From a virus: 48,049 bases of DNA. The notes below the pieces were generated by a model. It did not search any database and had not been told where the DNA came from. It was given only the letters and a program-made list of their open reading frames with translations. The stretch's first letter is position 1; every line of letters starts with the position of its first letter. Below, piece by piece: positions 32,041 to 41,494 of the stretch. The position numbers and the translations under genes are program-made. The stretch is taken from IMG/VR virus record IMGVR_UViG_3300045988_024716; one strand, written 5' to 3'.

Positions 32041-32363
32041 TGGCCTTCAGCTTCAAGGAGATGGTCGCCAACGACCGGCGCCGCGTTTTCCTCGATCTCT
32101 CTGAGTTCGGGGAGGAGCACAGAGTCGAAGGCAAGACCATCGCGGCTGTACTCGACGACAACGCCCTGCGAGATCGCCAAGGGGGGCAAGAGCTGAGCGT
32201 GGCAGAGTCCTCTCTGCTGCTTTATGCAGCGGTCGAGGATCTGCCCGCCCGGCGCCCGGCGGGCGAGGGCCTGAACGTCGACGGCCGCGAGTACATCGTC
32301 AACGACTGGAGCGAGGACATGGGGATCGCAACCGTGGCTCTCGGCCAGACCGTGACCATGTAG
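32040..32363 (+). CDS. Head-tail connector/adaptor-like protein
   Basis: Size and position. F.DLSEFGEEH.VEGK.I.AVLDD......L......GEGLNVDGREY.V..W pattern is common to head-tail joining proteins. Confidence 0.5.
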   Translation: MAFSFKEMVANDRRRVFLDLSEFGEEHRVEGKTIAAVLDDNALRDRQGGQELSVAESSLLLYAAVEDLPARRPAGEGLNVDGREYIVNDWSEDMGIATVALGQTVTM

Positions 32364-32376
32364 GAGGTGCTGCACC

Positions 32377-32994
32377 GTGTCCATCGTCAATAGCATCGAG
32401 ACCGTCCGGGGCTGGCTAAATACTGAGGTATGCCCTCTGGTAAAGCTGAAGCTCCCCGACGACAACGCCACAGACGCCTCCTACCCCTACAAGCTGGTGA
32501 ACCCGGCCGCCTTTTCCCTGTTCGTCCCGTCCAAGGACAGGACGCCCCCAAAGGTCGCGGCGCCGATCCCTTCGGTCTGCGTCCAGCTCACTCAGGGGGA
32601 GGATGACCCGATCGAACACACCCGCGGCATCAAGATCCGGCTCTGCTTTTCTGCATGGGATCCCGGCTACCACGGGCCCGACATCTATATACCGCAGGGC
32701 AACGGCAGCGGCACCTATATCCAGCAATACAACAGCGAGGCGGCCGACTTCTTCCAGAAGAACGGCGAGGGCTGGCGTGACGCATGGAATTTTGTGGACA
32801 CGGCGCTCAGACTGATCGAAAACGCCGAGTACATCGGAGACCTGCGCGTCATCAAGGAGCTCGGCATCACCTTCGGCCCCGTCGCTGAGCAGGACGCTGT
32901 ACCTGACTTTTATCCCTACTGGTTTGCGTGGGCTGAGTTCTCCGTCGAGGAGACCCTCACCCGGCACGCCAAAAACTACGACCATCTGCTTTAA
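32377..32994 (+). CDS. Neck / tail-terminator candidate (205 aa)
   Basis: Position between the connector and the sheath. GTG start. No motif recognised. Confidence 0.4.
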   Translation: MSIVNSIETVRGWLNTEVCPLVKLKLPDDNATDASYPYKLVNPAAFSLFVPSKDRTPPKVAAPIPSVCVQLTQGEDDPIEHTRGIKIRLCFSAWDPGYHGPDIYIPQGNGSGTYIQQYNSEAADFFQKNGEGWRDAWNFVDTALRLIENAEYIGDLRVIKELGITFGPVAEQDAVPDFYPYWFAWAEFSVEETLTRHAKNYDHLL

Positions 32995-33043
32995 GGCAGC
33001 CGAGTCCTCGGCTGTCTAATTTTATGCAAAGGAGGACAAGCAC

Positions 33044-34561
33044 ATGGCAAACGAGTACCTCTACGGCGCCTACGGCCACATCGGCGAGACCGTGGCACAG
33101 AGCGCCGTGCAGGCGGGCACCACGCCGATCTATATCGGCACCGCGCCCGTCAACCTCGTGCGCGGCTTCGACAAGGCCGGCGTCATCAACGAGCCCGTGA
33201 AGATCAGCAACCTGATCGACGCGCAGAAAAAGCTCGGGTATGCAGCCGACTGGGGCACCTTCACCCTCTGCGAAGTCATGAACGCGCACTTCAACAACAC
33301 CATCGGCAACATCGGCCCCATCTACGTCATCAACGTGCTGGATCCCGCTGCCGGCAAGCACAGAAAGGAGGCGCAGACGACCGCGCCCCTGAGCTTCGCA
33401 GGCGGCCGCGCTGAGTTCGCCAGCTCCACCATCATCCTCGACACCCTGACCATCGCCAAGGCCGGCGACGACGCCGGCAACTACGTCGAGGGCGAGGACT
33501 ACGCCGTGGACTACAACTTCACCAAGGGCACGGTCATCATCACCAGCCTGAAACAGGATGCACAGCTCACCGGCAACCTGACGGCCAGCTTCTACGAGAT
33601 CGACGACTCTCTGGTAGAGGACGCCGACATCATCGGCGGCGTCACCGCCTCCGGCGAGTATAGCGGCCTCAGCTCCATCGCCCTGCTCTATCCTGAGCAG
33701 TACGCGGTCGTCAACCTGATCGTCGCGCCCGGCTGGAGCCACAGCCCTGCGGTCTACAACGCTATGATCGCGGCCAGCCAGAAGATCAACGGCCACTGGG
33801 ACGCCTTCGTCCTCGCCGACCTGCCTTTGGTAGACGGCGACGCGCAGGCCGTCGACACCATCGAGAAGGCGATCGCATGGAAGAAGAACAATGCCTTCAC
33901 CAGCGAGCGCTCGAAGGTATTCTGGCCACAGGCCACCGACAACCTCGGCAACAACTACCACCTCAGCACGCTGGCAGCGGTCGAGCTCATGCGTGCCGAC
34001 TTCAGCCACAACAGCGTCCCGATGGAGACCTGCGGCAACAAGGCTGTGCCGGTCATCAAGCAGTATTTTGGAGCCAACGCCAAGAACCGCGGCTTCGACC
34101 AGCAGACCGGCAAGGAGCTCACGCAGAAGGGCATCAGCACCGTCGTGGCGTGGGCTGGTGAGTGGGTGCTGTGGGGCGACCACACCGCTGCATACACCTA
34201 CGGCGCCGAAGTAGACCCCCGCGCCATCTTCGACGTCTCCATGCGTATGCTCATGCACATCACCAACAGTTTCCAGCGTGAATGGAGCCCGAAGATCGAC
34301 GAGCCCATGACCAGAGCGCTGAAGGATCAGATCATCAACCGCGAGCAGGAGAAGCTCGACGGCTACGTCAGCATGGGCGCCCTGATCGGCGAGCCGAAGA
34401 TCCTGTTCCTCGAGAGCGAGAACAGCACCACCGACATCATGAACGGCGACTTCAGGTGGGACATCAACGTCACCCCGACGCCTCCGCTCAAGAGTGCCAG
34501 CGTCTACGTCGCATACACCGACGCCGGCTTCTCCGTCTACTACGAAGGAGGTGAGGAGTAA
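33044..34561 (+). CDS. Contractile tail sheath protein
   Basis: 505 aa. N-terminal YGAYGHIGETVAQSA.QAGT.PIYIGTAP pattern and a downstream tube gene. RBS is aaaggagg. Confidence 0.9.
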   Translation: MANEYLYGAYGHIGETVAQSAVQAGTTPIYIGTAPVNLVRGFDKAGVINEPVKISNLIDAQKKLGYAADWGTFTLCEVMNAHFNNTIGNIGPIYVINVLDPAAGKHRKEAQTTAPLSFAGGRAEFASSTIILDTLTIAKAGDDAGNYVEGEDYAVDYNFTKGTVIITSLKQDAQLTGNLTASFYEIDDSLVEDADIIGGVTASGEYSGLSSIALLYPEQYAVVNLIVAPGWSHSPAVYNAMIAASQKINGHWDAFVLADLPLVDGDAQAVDTIEKAIAWKKNNAFTSERSKVFWPQATDNLGNNYHLSTLAAVELMRADFSHNSVPMETCGNKAVPVIKQYFGANAKNRGFDQQTGKELTQKGISTVVAWAGEWVLWGDHTAAYTYGAEVDPRAIFDVSMRMLMHITNSFQREWSPKIDEPMTRALKDQIINREQEKLDGYVSMGALIGEPKILFLESENSTTDIMNGDFRWDINVTPTPPLKSASVYVAYTDAGFSVYYEGGEE

Positions 34562-35067
34562 TGGCATGGATCGACCTCAACGGCCCCGTACTGGCTGACA
34601 CTGTGTACGACGCCGGCAAACTGGTCGCCAAGGACGTGACCATCACGCTGCCGGCCATCAATCTCCTGACTGCTGACTTCAAGGCGATGGGCACCCTGAC
34701 GCTGCCGATCATCGGCCAGATCGAGGCTATGGAGGCGACCGTCAACAAGGTCGGCACCGACATGGGCCTGCGCTCTATGGCCTCTCTCGACAGCAGAACG
34801 CTCGAGTTCCGCTGGGTGCAGGACGTCAAGAAGGCAGACGGATCCACTAAGACTGTCGGCTGCAAGGCGTTTCTCCGCGTCGTGACCAAGACGATCCCCG
34901 GCCTGTCCGTGGATCCCGGCAGCCAGAGCGAGAACGAGCTGGGCTACGCGGTCAGCCGCTACCAGCTTTTCGTCGACGGGACGGAATACTGGCTGATCGA
35001 CCAGCTCAACCAGATCCTCCGCGTCGGCGGCAAGGACTACTACAAGCAGATCCGCAGCCTGCTGTAA
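34561..35067 (+). CDS. Tail tube protein
   Basis: 168 aa immediately after the sheath (ATG overlaps the stop). VTITLPAI..LTADFKAMGT..LPIIGQIEAME pattern. Confidence 0.85.
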   Translation: MAWIDLNGPVLADTVYDAGKLVAKDVTITLPAINLLTADFKAMGTLTLPIIGQIEAMEATVNKVGTDMGLRSMASLDSRTLEFRWVQDVKKADGSTKTVGCKAFLRVVTKTIPGLSVDPGSQSENELGYAVSRYQLFVDGTEYWLIDQLNQILRVGGKDYYKQIRSLL

Positions 35068-35072
35068 CAGAC

Positions 35073-35106
35073 AGGGCCGCCCCTCTCCGGGGCGGCTCTT
35101 ATTTTC
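35073..35106 (+). terminator. Intrinsic terminator after the sheath-tube genes
   Basis: About 11-bp stem (agggccgcccc / ggggcggctct), loop tctcc, then ttatttt. Confidence 0.6.
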
Positions 35107-35121
35107 GGAAAGGAGTACCCC

Positions 35122-35532
35122 ATGAAGAACAAGATCACACTCAGCAACCCGCTGACCATCAACAACAAGAAGCGCACGGAGCTGACCTATGACGCGAATG
35201 AGATCACCGCGCAAATGTTCGCGGAGGCCGACTCCCGCAAGCTGACCGCCAGCGGATCCAAGAACGGCAACGCGGCCGGCGCGGCCGAGCTGGACTATGG
35301 TCTGCATCTCTACCTCGGCTTCGAGGCCATCATCGCCGTCAACCCCGAGATCGACATGAGCGACCTCGAGCGCGTCCACGGCTATGACGTCATGCAGATC
35401 ATGAGGATCGGCCGGGATTTTATTTCCGGGAGGTCGGAGGAACCCTCCAGCCAAAACAGCTCCGGCGAGCAATCCGAGACTACGCCCGAGCCTTCCACAC
35501 CTCAGTCCGAGACATCGGAGAGCGAAGGCTGA
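35122..35532 (+). CDS. Tail assembly chaperone (gpG/gpE/XkdN-like)
   Basis: Position between tube and tape measure. An open -1 frame (35388-35636) suggests a frameshift-extended product. Confidence 0.65.
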   Translation: MKNKITLSNPLTINNKKRTELTYDANEITAQMFAEADSRKLTASGSKNGNAAGAAELDYGLHLYLGFEAIIAVNPEIDMSDLERVHGYDVMQIMRIGRDFISGRSEEPSSQNSSGEQSETTPEPSTPQSETSESEG

Positions 35533-35641
35533 CCGACTTCCTGACGGAATACGGCGAGGCCGTGGAAGAAGCCAAGCAACAGGCGAAGCGCCACCCGGCG
35601 CCGACCATTAAAAAGCCGCACATCAGGAGGAGGTGACACAC

Positions 35642-37696
35642 ATGGCAGGAAAAGGGAAAGAGCTTCAGGCGGTCGTCAATCTGGCCGGCAGCATCGACCC
35701 CTCACTCGGGAAGGCGATCGAGTCCGCACAGAAAAAGATCAGCGGCCTGAACGTGAAAGCTCTCGCCGTGGGTGCCGCCGTCGGCGGCATCGCGGTCGCC
35801 ACTGGCAAGGCCGTGGTGGAGGCCGGCAAGTACCTGAAGGATCTCGGCAGCCAGTTCGACGAAGCAGCCGACGCCATCCGCATCGGCACCGGCGCGACCG
35901 GCGACGCTCTGGATGGGCTGCTCGATGACTTCGACGAGGTCTACAAGAGCGTGCCGACTACTATGGAGGACGCCAGCAAAGCCATCGCGGACTACAACAC
36001 CCGGCTCGGCCTGACCGGCCCGCAGCTTCAGGAGATCTCCAAGCAGGCGCTCCAAGTGAGCGATATGCTGGGGGACGACCTCGGCGGCGTGATAGAGGAG
36101 TCGAGCCAAGCCTTCCAACAGTGGAACATCGACGCCGACAACATGGGCGGCGCGATGGACTACATCTTCAAGGTCAGCCAGAGCACCGGCATGGGCTTTA
36201 CTGACCTTATGAGCAATATGCAGAAGTTCGGCCCACAGCTTCAGGAGATGGGCTATTCCTTCGAGACAGCGAGCGCCCTCATGGGTCAGCTCGACAAGGC
36301 CGGCGTCAACACTGAGGAAGTCCTCAGCGCCATGAAAAAGAGCGTCGGCGCACTGGCGAAGGAAGGCATCAGCGCGAGCGATGGGCTGGCTATGTACTAC
36401 GAGCAGATCAAGAACGCAGGCACGGCCGCAGAGGCCGCAAGCATCGCGTCGGAGATCTTCGGCACCAAGGCCGGATCCACAATGGCCGCAGCGATCAGAG
36501 ACGGCACTCTCGCCGTCGGAGATCTGACGGAAAGCCTGCTGGAGAACGGCGAAACCATCGCCGGCGCGGCCGAGGACACCTACGACTTCGCCGAGCGGCT
36601 CCAGATCATGAAGCAGGGCCTCGAGGTCGCCCTGAAGCCGATGGCAAACACCGTGTTCGACGGCCTCAACAAGTTCATGCCCGTGCTGCAAAAGCTCATG
36701 GAGCAGATCGTCCCGGTCATCAGCGACGCGGTCGAGGCTGCGGCGCCTTTTGTCGAGGAGTTCCTCATGGGAGCGGCTGACGCTCTCGAGGACGTGCTGC
36801 CGCTGATCTCTCAGCTCGCGGCTGATCTGCTGCCAATCCTGACGCAGCTCATGAGCACCCTGCTCCCGCCGCTGCTCAGTTTGGTGCAGACTCTACTCCC
36901 GCCACTGATGCAGATCGTCGGGGCAATTTTGCCGCCGATCGCCAGCCTTCTGAGCACGATCCTCCCCATGATAACGCAGATCGTGAGCGCTGTGCTGCCG
37001 GTACTGGTGCAGATTATTTCCGCGCTGCTGCCGGTCATCACCCCGCTGCTGGAGGTCGCGCTTCAGATCGTCAACGACGTCATCATGCCGCTGCTGCCGC
37101 CTCTGATGCAGATCGTCCAAGCACTGCTGCCGCCTCTCGTGTCTCTGCTCAACCTCGTTATGCCGATCCTGAGCCCTCTGCTGGCCCTGCTTCAGCCGAT
37201 CGCCTCCGTGCTGGGGACGATCGCCGACGTCATCGCCAAGATCGTGAGCTTCGGCTCCGGCGTCATCAGTAAGATCGCCGGCCTGTTCGGCGGCGGGGGC
37301 GGCGGCGGGGGCGTCTCCGGCTTCGCAACTGGCGGCTTCACGAGCGGCCCGTCCATCGCGGGCGAGGATCCGCGATACCCTACCGAGGCTGTCATCAGCT
37401 TCAACCCTGCATACCGCAGCGAAAACCTCGAATACTGGGCCAAGGCCGGGCAAATGCTCGGCGCGTCCAACGAAAGCGACTACGAGCTGCTGAGCGGAGG
37501 CTCGAGCACGTCCGTGGTCTACGACCTGAGCGGGCTCTCCTTTTCCCCGCAGATCAAGATCGAAGGCGACACCGACGAGGACGCCCTGATCCGCAAGCTG
37601 CGCGAGCTGGAACCCGAGTTCATTGACTTCGTTCTCGAAGCACTAAGCAGAAGGGAGGGCGGCGCCTATGTCACAGCAGACAGTCGGCTTTATTGA
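35642..37696 (+). CDS. Tail tape measure protein
   Basis: Ala/Gly/Leu-rich 684-aa protein. Hydrophobic ~11-aa tandem repeats (LLPPLMQIV...). GGGGGGG stretch. C-terminal part follows. Confidence 0.9.
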   Translation: MAGKGKELQAVVNLAGSIDPSLGKAIESAQKKISGLNVKALAVGAAVGGIAVATGKAVVEAGKYLKDLGSQFDEAADAIRIGTGATGDALDGLLDDFDEVYKSVPTTMEDASKAIADYNTRLGLTGPQLQEISKQALQVSDMLGDDLGGVIEESSQAFQQWNIDADNMGGAMDYIFKVSQSTGMGFTDLMSNMQKFGPQLQEMGYSFETASALMGQLDKAGVNTEEVLSAMKKSVGALAKEGISASDGLAMYYEQIKNAGTAAEAASIASEIFGTKAGSTMAAAIRDGTLAVGDLTESLLENGETIAGAAEDTYDFAERLQIMKQGLEVALKPMANTVFDGLNKFMPVLQKLMEQIVPVISDAVEAAAPFVEEFLMGAADALEDVLPLISQLAADLLPILTQLMSTLLPPLLSLVQTLLPPLMQIVGAILPPIASLLSTILPMITQIVSAVLPVLVQIISALLPVITPLLEVALQIVNDVIMPLLPPLMQIVQALLPPLVSLLNLVMPILSPLLALLQPIASVLGTIADVIAKIVSFGSGVISKIAGLFGGGGGGGGVSGFATGGFTSGPSIAGEDPRYPTEAVISFNPAYRSENLEYWAKAGQMLGASNESDYELLSGGSSTSVVYDLSGLSFSPQIKIEGDTDEDALIRKLRELEPEFIDFVLEALSRREGGAYVTADSRLY

Positions 37697-37892
37697 GTAC
37701 GCCGCACAGGGCGGCGACACTTTTGACAGCATCGCGCTGGCTGCCTATAACGAGGAGCGCATGGCGAGCACCATCATCGCCGCCAACCCCGACCTCTGCG
37801 ACGTCCTGATCTTCGAGGGCGGCGAGCTGGTACGGATCCCGATCGTCGAGACCGTAACCACACCCGACACGCTGCCCCCGTGGAGGAGGTGA
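37668..37892 (+). CDS. LysM-domain tail protein (P2 gpX / XkdP-like)
   Basis: YAAQGGDTFDSIALAAYNEE..AS.IIAANPDL......GGELVRIP is a LysM pattern. Confidence 0.8.
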   Translation: MSQQTVGFIEYAAQGGDTFDSIALAAYNEERMASTIIAANPDLCDVLIFEGGELVRIPIVETVTTPDTLPPWRR

Positions 37893-37897
37893 TCCGT

Positions 37898-38818
37898 GTG
37901 AAAATCTTATACCAAGGCGTCGACATTTACCCCGACATCAGCGTCCACCGCTGCTATCACGATATGTACGCCGAGAAGCAGAGCGACGAGCTGCTGCTGA
38001 AGCTGAACGACACCCGCCAACTGTGGGACACATGGAACCCCAAGAAGGGCGACACCATCGCCATCGAGGACGGAGCAGCCAAAACCGGCAAAATGTTCGT
38101 CGAGAGCGTCGTGCCCGAGTCCGGCATCGTGACCCTGCGGGCCTATTCCATGCCGCAATCCGTGAAAGACAAGCGGAGCAAGGCGTGGGAGAAGGTCAAG
38201 TTCCTGCAACTGGCGCAGGAGATCGCCGGCCGGCACGGCCTGACGCTCCAGACCTTCGGCATCACTGACCAGACCTATGACTACGTCGAGCAGAACAATC
38301 TCCCCGACTTCGCCTTCTTCCAGCAGCGCTGCACCCTCGAGGGTGCGGCGTTTCTGGTCTATGACGGCAAGCTGGTGGTCTACGACGAGGCATACATGGA
38401 AAGCCAGACGCCGAGCGACACCATCACCATCACACCCGCCAGCGACTTCCAGTACCGGGACGAAGGCGCCAACGCCTACGGCTCGGCCGAAGTAGTCAAC
38501 GGAGGACTGACCGGCACCTTCTCGGCGCCGGCTGGCGGCGACAAAGTGCTCCACAAGGTCATCCCGATCCGAATGAGCGACCAGTCAGAGGCCGACCGCT
38601 TCGCCCGCGGGCTCCTGCGGGACGCCAACAAAGCGGCGACGGTCGGCACCCTCTGGACGGGCTCGCTGCTGCGTAACTACGCAGCGGGCTCCGTGGTCAC
38701 TCTGGCGACCGAGGGCGTGAAGTCGTGGGACGGCGCGGCCTTCATCAGCCGGATCCGTCACGACTACGTCAAGACCCGGAGCAAGCTGTACCTCCGCAGA
38801 CCACTGGAGGGCTACTAA
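37898..38818 (+). CDS. Tail/baseplate hub protein, late control D / XkdQ-like
   Basis: Position after the LysM protein, about 306 aa. GTG 37898 after ggaggagg. Confidence 0.6.
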   Translation: MKILYQGVDIYPDISVHRCYHDMYAEKQSDELLLKLNDTRQLWDTWNPKKGDTIAIEDGAAKTGKMFVESVVPESGIVTLRAYSMPQSVKDKRSKAWEKVKFLQLAQEIAGRHGLTLQTFGITDQTYDYVEQNNLPDFAFFQQRCTLEGAAFLVYDGKLVVYDEAYMESQTPSDTITITPASDFQYRDEGANAYGSAEVVNGGLTGTFSAPAGGDKVLHKVIPIRMSDQSEADRFARGLLRDANKAATVGTLWTGSLLRNYAAGSVVTLATEGVKSWDGAAFISRIRHDYVKTRSKLYLRRPLEGY

Positions 38819-39204
38819 TGAACAGCAACAACCAAATGATCCAAAAGGGCAAGATCTCCACAGTGGAGGGAGCTGCTGACCGCAACGGCGACAAGACCAC
38901 GGCCAGAGTGCTCCCCTGCACCGCTGACGGCATGGTCACGCGGCCGCTCACGATCCCGTGGTGGCTGCGGGGTAAGATGGGAAACCTGAAGCCCGGCGAC
39001 GAGGTCGCCTATGCCATGTTCGAGGACGGCACCGGCATCATCCTCTCCCGCATGGACGGGGAATGGGACGGCACTGTGCCCGGCAGCGTAAAGGTCGAAA
39101 AGGGCGACGTGACCGTGCCTGACGGCGACGTCACCGCCTCCGACATCAGCCTCAAGACCCACACGCACGCCGGCGTCCACGGGGAGACCAGCGGCCCACA
39201 TTAA
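38818..39204 (+). CDS. Baseplate spike / assembly protein V-like
   Basis: OB-like N-terminal part. C-terminal LKTHTHAGVHGETSGP is typical of gpV/gp45 spikes. Confidence 0.65.
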   Translation: MNSNNQMIQKGKISTVEGAADRNGDKTTARVLPCTADGMVTRPLTIPWWLRGKMGNLKPGDEVAYAMFEDGTGIILSRMDGEWDGTVPGSVKVEKGDVTVPDGDVTASDISLKTHTHAGVHGETSGPH

Positions 39205-39219
39205 GGAGGCGAGACGCAC

Positions 39220-39798
39220 ATGGCCATCATGGCGAAATGGGGCGGCAAGACGTGGGAAGTCTCCAGCCGAAAGATCGCAGCCCTGAACGGCATCTCGGCC
39301 GGCGTCGAGCTGGACACCGAGAACAGCGACGACAAGGCTGGATCCCCGGCCACCAAGACCAAGGCCCTGAAACTTCAGAGCCTCTCCTTCGACTTCGACG
39401 TCGCTATGGTAGCCGGCACCGACGTCCGCGGCGAGTATGAGTCATGGACTGAGCTCGTCGGCAACTACGCCCCGTTCTATCTGGCGGGCCGACGCTTCGG
39501 CCCTCCCAAGCTCCAGCTCACGGCCGTGAAGCTGAGCGACACCACGATCGACGACTTCGGCAGGATCCTGAAGGGCAAGATCTCCATCACCCTGACGGAA
39601 TATGCCGAGGAGGCAAGCAGTAAGAAGGCGACCAGCTCCTCGAGCAGCTCGTCCGGCAGCAGCTCCTCCGGCACCAAAAAGGCCGCAGGAGTGGCAACCT
39701 ACAAGGAGCTCGGCATCAGCTCCTCCGCTGCCTCGATCGGAGCGTCCAGCAGCGACAAGGCTGCGAGGAAACCCAACAACACACAACTGACCAAGTAA
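39220..39798 (+). CDS. Tail protein (gpU-like, tentative) with a Ser-rich C-terminal tail
   Basis: KWGGKTWEVSS...LQSLSFDFDV......YAPFYLAGRRFGP.KLQLTAVKLSDTTIDDFGRILKGKISITLTEY. Poly-Ser low-complexity end. Confidence 0.4.
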   Translation: MAIMAKWGGKTWEVSSRKIAALNGISAGVELDTENSDDKAGSPATKTKALKLQSLSFDFDVAMVAGTDVRGEYESWTELVGNYAPFYLAGRRFGPPKLQLTAVKLSDTTIDDFGRILKGKISITLTEYAEEASSKKATSSSSSSSGSSSSGTKKAAGVATYKELGISSSAASIGASSSDKAARKPNNTQLTK

Positions 39799-39812
39799 AG
39801 CGAGGTGATCCC

Positions 39813-40088
39813 ATGAAAGCAAGCGGCAACGGCACGCCACAGACGTGCGTGCAGAACCTTCTCAAGACGACCCGCGGCGAGGTGCCCTATGAGCGCATCA
39901 AAGGGATCGACCGCTCGCTGATCGACCAACCGAGCGAAACGGCGGCCTCTGAGCTGGCTGCCGAGGTGGAGTTCGTAGTGGAAACCTACGAGCCCCGCGT
40001 GAAGCTCACCGACGTCGAGCTGGTAGCTCTGGCCGCTGAGGTGGGCGGCTTCGAGATCAACGCCAGCATCGACAACACCAACACATGA
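39813..40088 (+). CDS. Baseplate wedge protein, gpW/gp25 family
   Basis: NLLKTTRGEVPYERIKGID.SLIDQP......LAAEVEFVVETYEPRVKL fits the GPW_gp25 pattern. Confidence 0.8.
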   Translation: MKASGNGTPQTCVQNLLKTTRGEVPYERIKGIDRSLIDQPSETAASELAAEVEFVVETYEPRVKLTDVELVALAAEVGGFEINASIDNTNT

Positions 40089-40102
40089 AGGAGGTGGACA
40101 CC

Positions 40103-41494
40103 ATGAGCGACGAGACCAACACCTACGGCGAGGACATCCACCTCACCACCATCGACTCAAGCACCATCTACACCGAGCTCATCACCGCTCTGGAAAAGGG
40201 CGCAGGTGAGCCACTGTACCCCGGCGACGAGCGCAGGATCTACGGGGAGGCCCTCGTGGCCGTGTTCGTCGCACTCTACAACAAACTCGACGACGTCGGC
40301 CGGCAGACCCTTCTCCGCTATGCACGCGGCGAAGCGCTGGACGCCATCGGCGAGCGGCTCGGCGTCAAGCGACTCGAGGGCGACACGGCCAAGACCGTCA
40401 TGCGCTTCTCACTGAGCACGCCGAGAGAGACCAACATCATCATCCCGAAGTGGACGAAGGTCACGCCCGACGGCGAAAACTACTTCGCCACCGACGAGAT
40501 CGCAGTCCTTCAGGCCGGCACCTACTCCGTGGAGATCCCCACGTCGGCGGTCGGCAACGGCGTCAAGTTCAACGGCTACGCAGCCGGCACGATCACGACG
40601 CTGGTCGATCTGATCCCGTACATCGAGAGCGTGACCAACCTGACCGAGACCGCAGGAGGCGACGACGGCGAGCCCTACACCGAGGCCGGCGACAACCGGC
40701 TGCGCGAGCGGATCAGGCTGGCCCCGGCCAAGAGATCCACGGCCGGCCCTGAGCTGGCCTACATCTACTGGGCCATGACAGCCGACAGCTCCATCATCGA
40801 CGTCAAAGCGGTCAGCGAGACCGAGACCATCAGCAGGACGCTGACGGTCTACAACGGCCACGCCTTCAAAGGCGGCGCCACGCTGCTGATCGACACCCTG
40901 ATCGTCAGGGCCCACGGCGAAAGCGCCGCGGCCGTGAAGGACGTCGACTACGCGATCGACTACACGGACGACCTACTCACCATCGAAGTCAAGGGCAGCC
41001 TCGCCGCTGCCGAGAGCATCGACATCGAGATCACACAAACCCTCGAGGGCTGCGTGAAGATCGTGCCGCTGCTGAAGGGCGGCAAGACGCCGGACAGCGC
41101 CATGCTGAGCAAGGTGCTGGAGGCGGTCAACGCAAAGGACACGCGCCCCATGACTGACAAGGTGCGGGCTGTGGCTCCGACTACCGTGCCCTATGACATC
41201 GAGATCACCTACTACACCACGCCGGACACCGAGGCCGAGGTCGTGGCAAATGTGGAGGGATCTGACGGCGCGATCGTCCGCTTCAACGAGTGGCAGACCA
41301 CAGCGCTCGGCCGCGACATCAACCCCGACAAGCTCAGGAGCCTGATCCTCTCCCCAAGGTGGGCTGAAGGACTCGAGGGCGCGATCCGCGTCGACGTGGT
41401 CAAGCCTGAGCACACCGCAGTCGCCGACACCGAGGTCGCAGCCTTCAGCGGCAGGCTGACGGTCAGCCACAAGAGCGTCACGGGGGTGGTCTGA
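40103..41494 (+). CDS. Baseplate J-like protein
   Basis: I.T.L......EPLYPGD.RRIYGEALVAVF..LYN.LD...RQTLLRYA.GEALDAIGERLGV.R. Size and position. ATG 40103 after aaggaggtg. Confidence 0.85.
   Translation: MSDETNTYGEDIHLTTIDSSTIYTELITALEKGAGEPLYPGDERRIYGEALVAVFVALYNKLDDVGRQTLLRYARGEALDAIGERLGVKRLEGDTAKTVMRFSLSTPRETNIIIPKWTKVTPDGENYFATDEIAVLQAGTYSVEIPTSAVGNGVKFNGYAAGTITTLVDLIPYIESVTNLTETAGGDDGEPYTEAGDNRLRERIRLAPAKRSTAGPELAYIYWAMTADSSIIDVKAVSETETISRTLTVYNGHAFKGGATLLIDTLIVRAHGESAAAVKDVDYAIDYTDDLLTIEVKGSLAAAESIDIEITQTLEGCVKIVPLLKGGKTPDSAMLSKVLEAVNAKDTRPMTDKVRAVAPTTVPYDIEITYYTTPDTEAEVVANVEGSDGAIVRFNEWQTTALGRDINPDKLRSLILSPRWAEGLEGAIRVDVVKPEHTAVADTEVAAFSGRLTVSHKSVTGVV

Noticed and set aside
37290-37316. 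GC-rich ggcggcgggggcggcggcgggggc tract (poly-Gly) in the tape measure gene, considered as a slippage or phase-variation site.
   Set aside because: It is not a true homopolymer (the longest run is G5) and it encodes an in-frame Gly linker typical of tape measure proteins.
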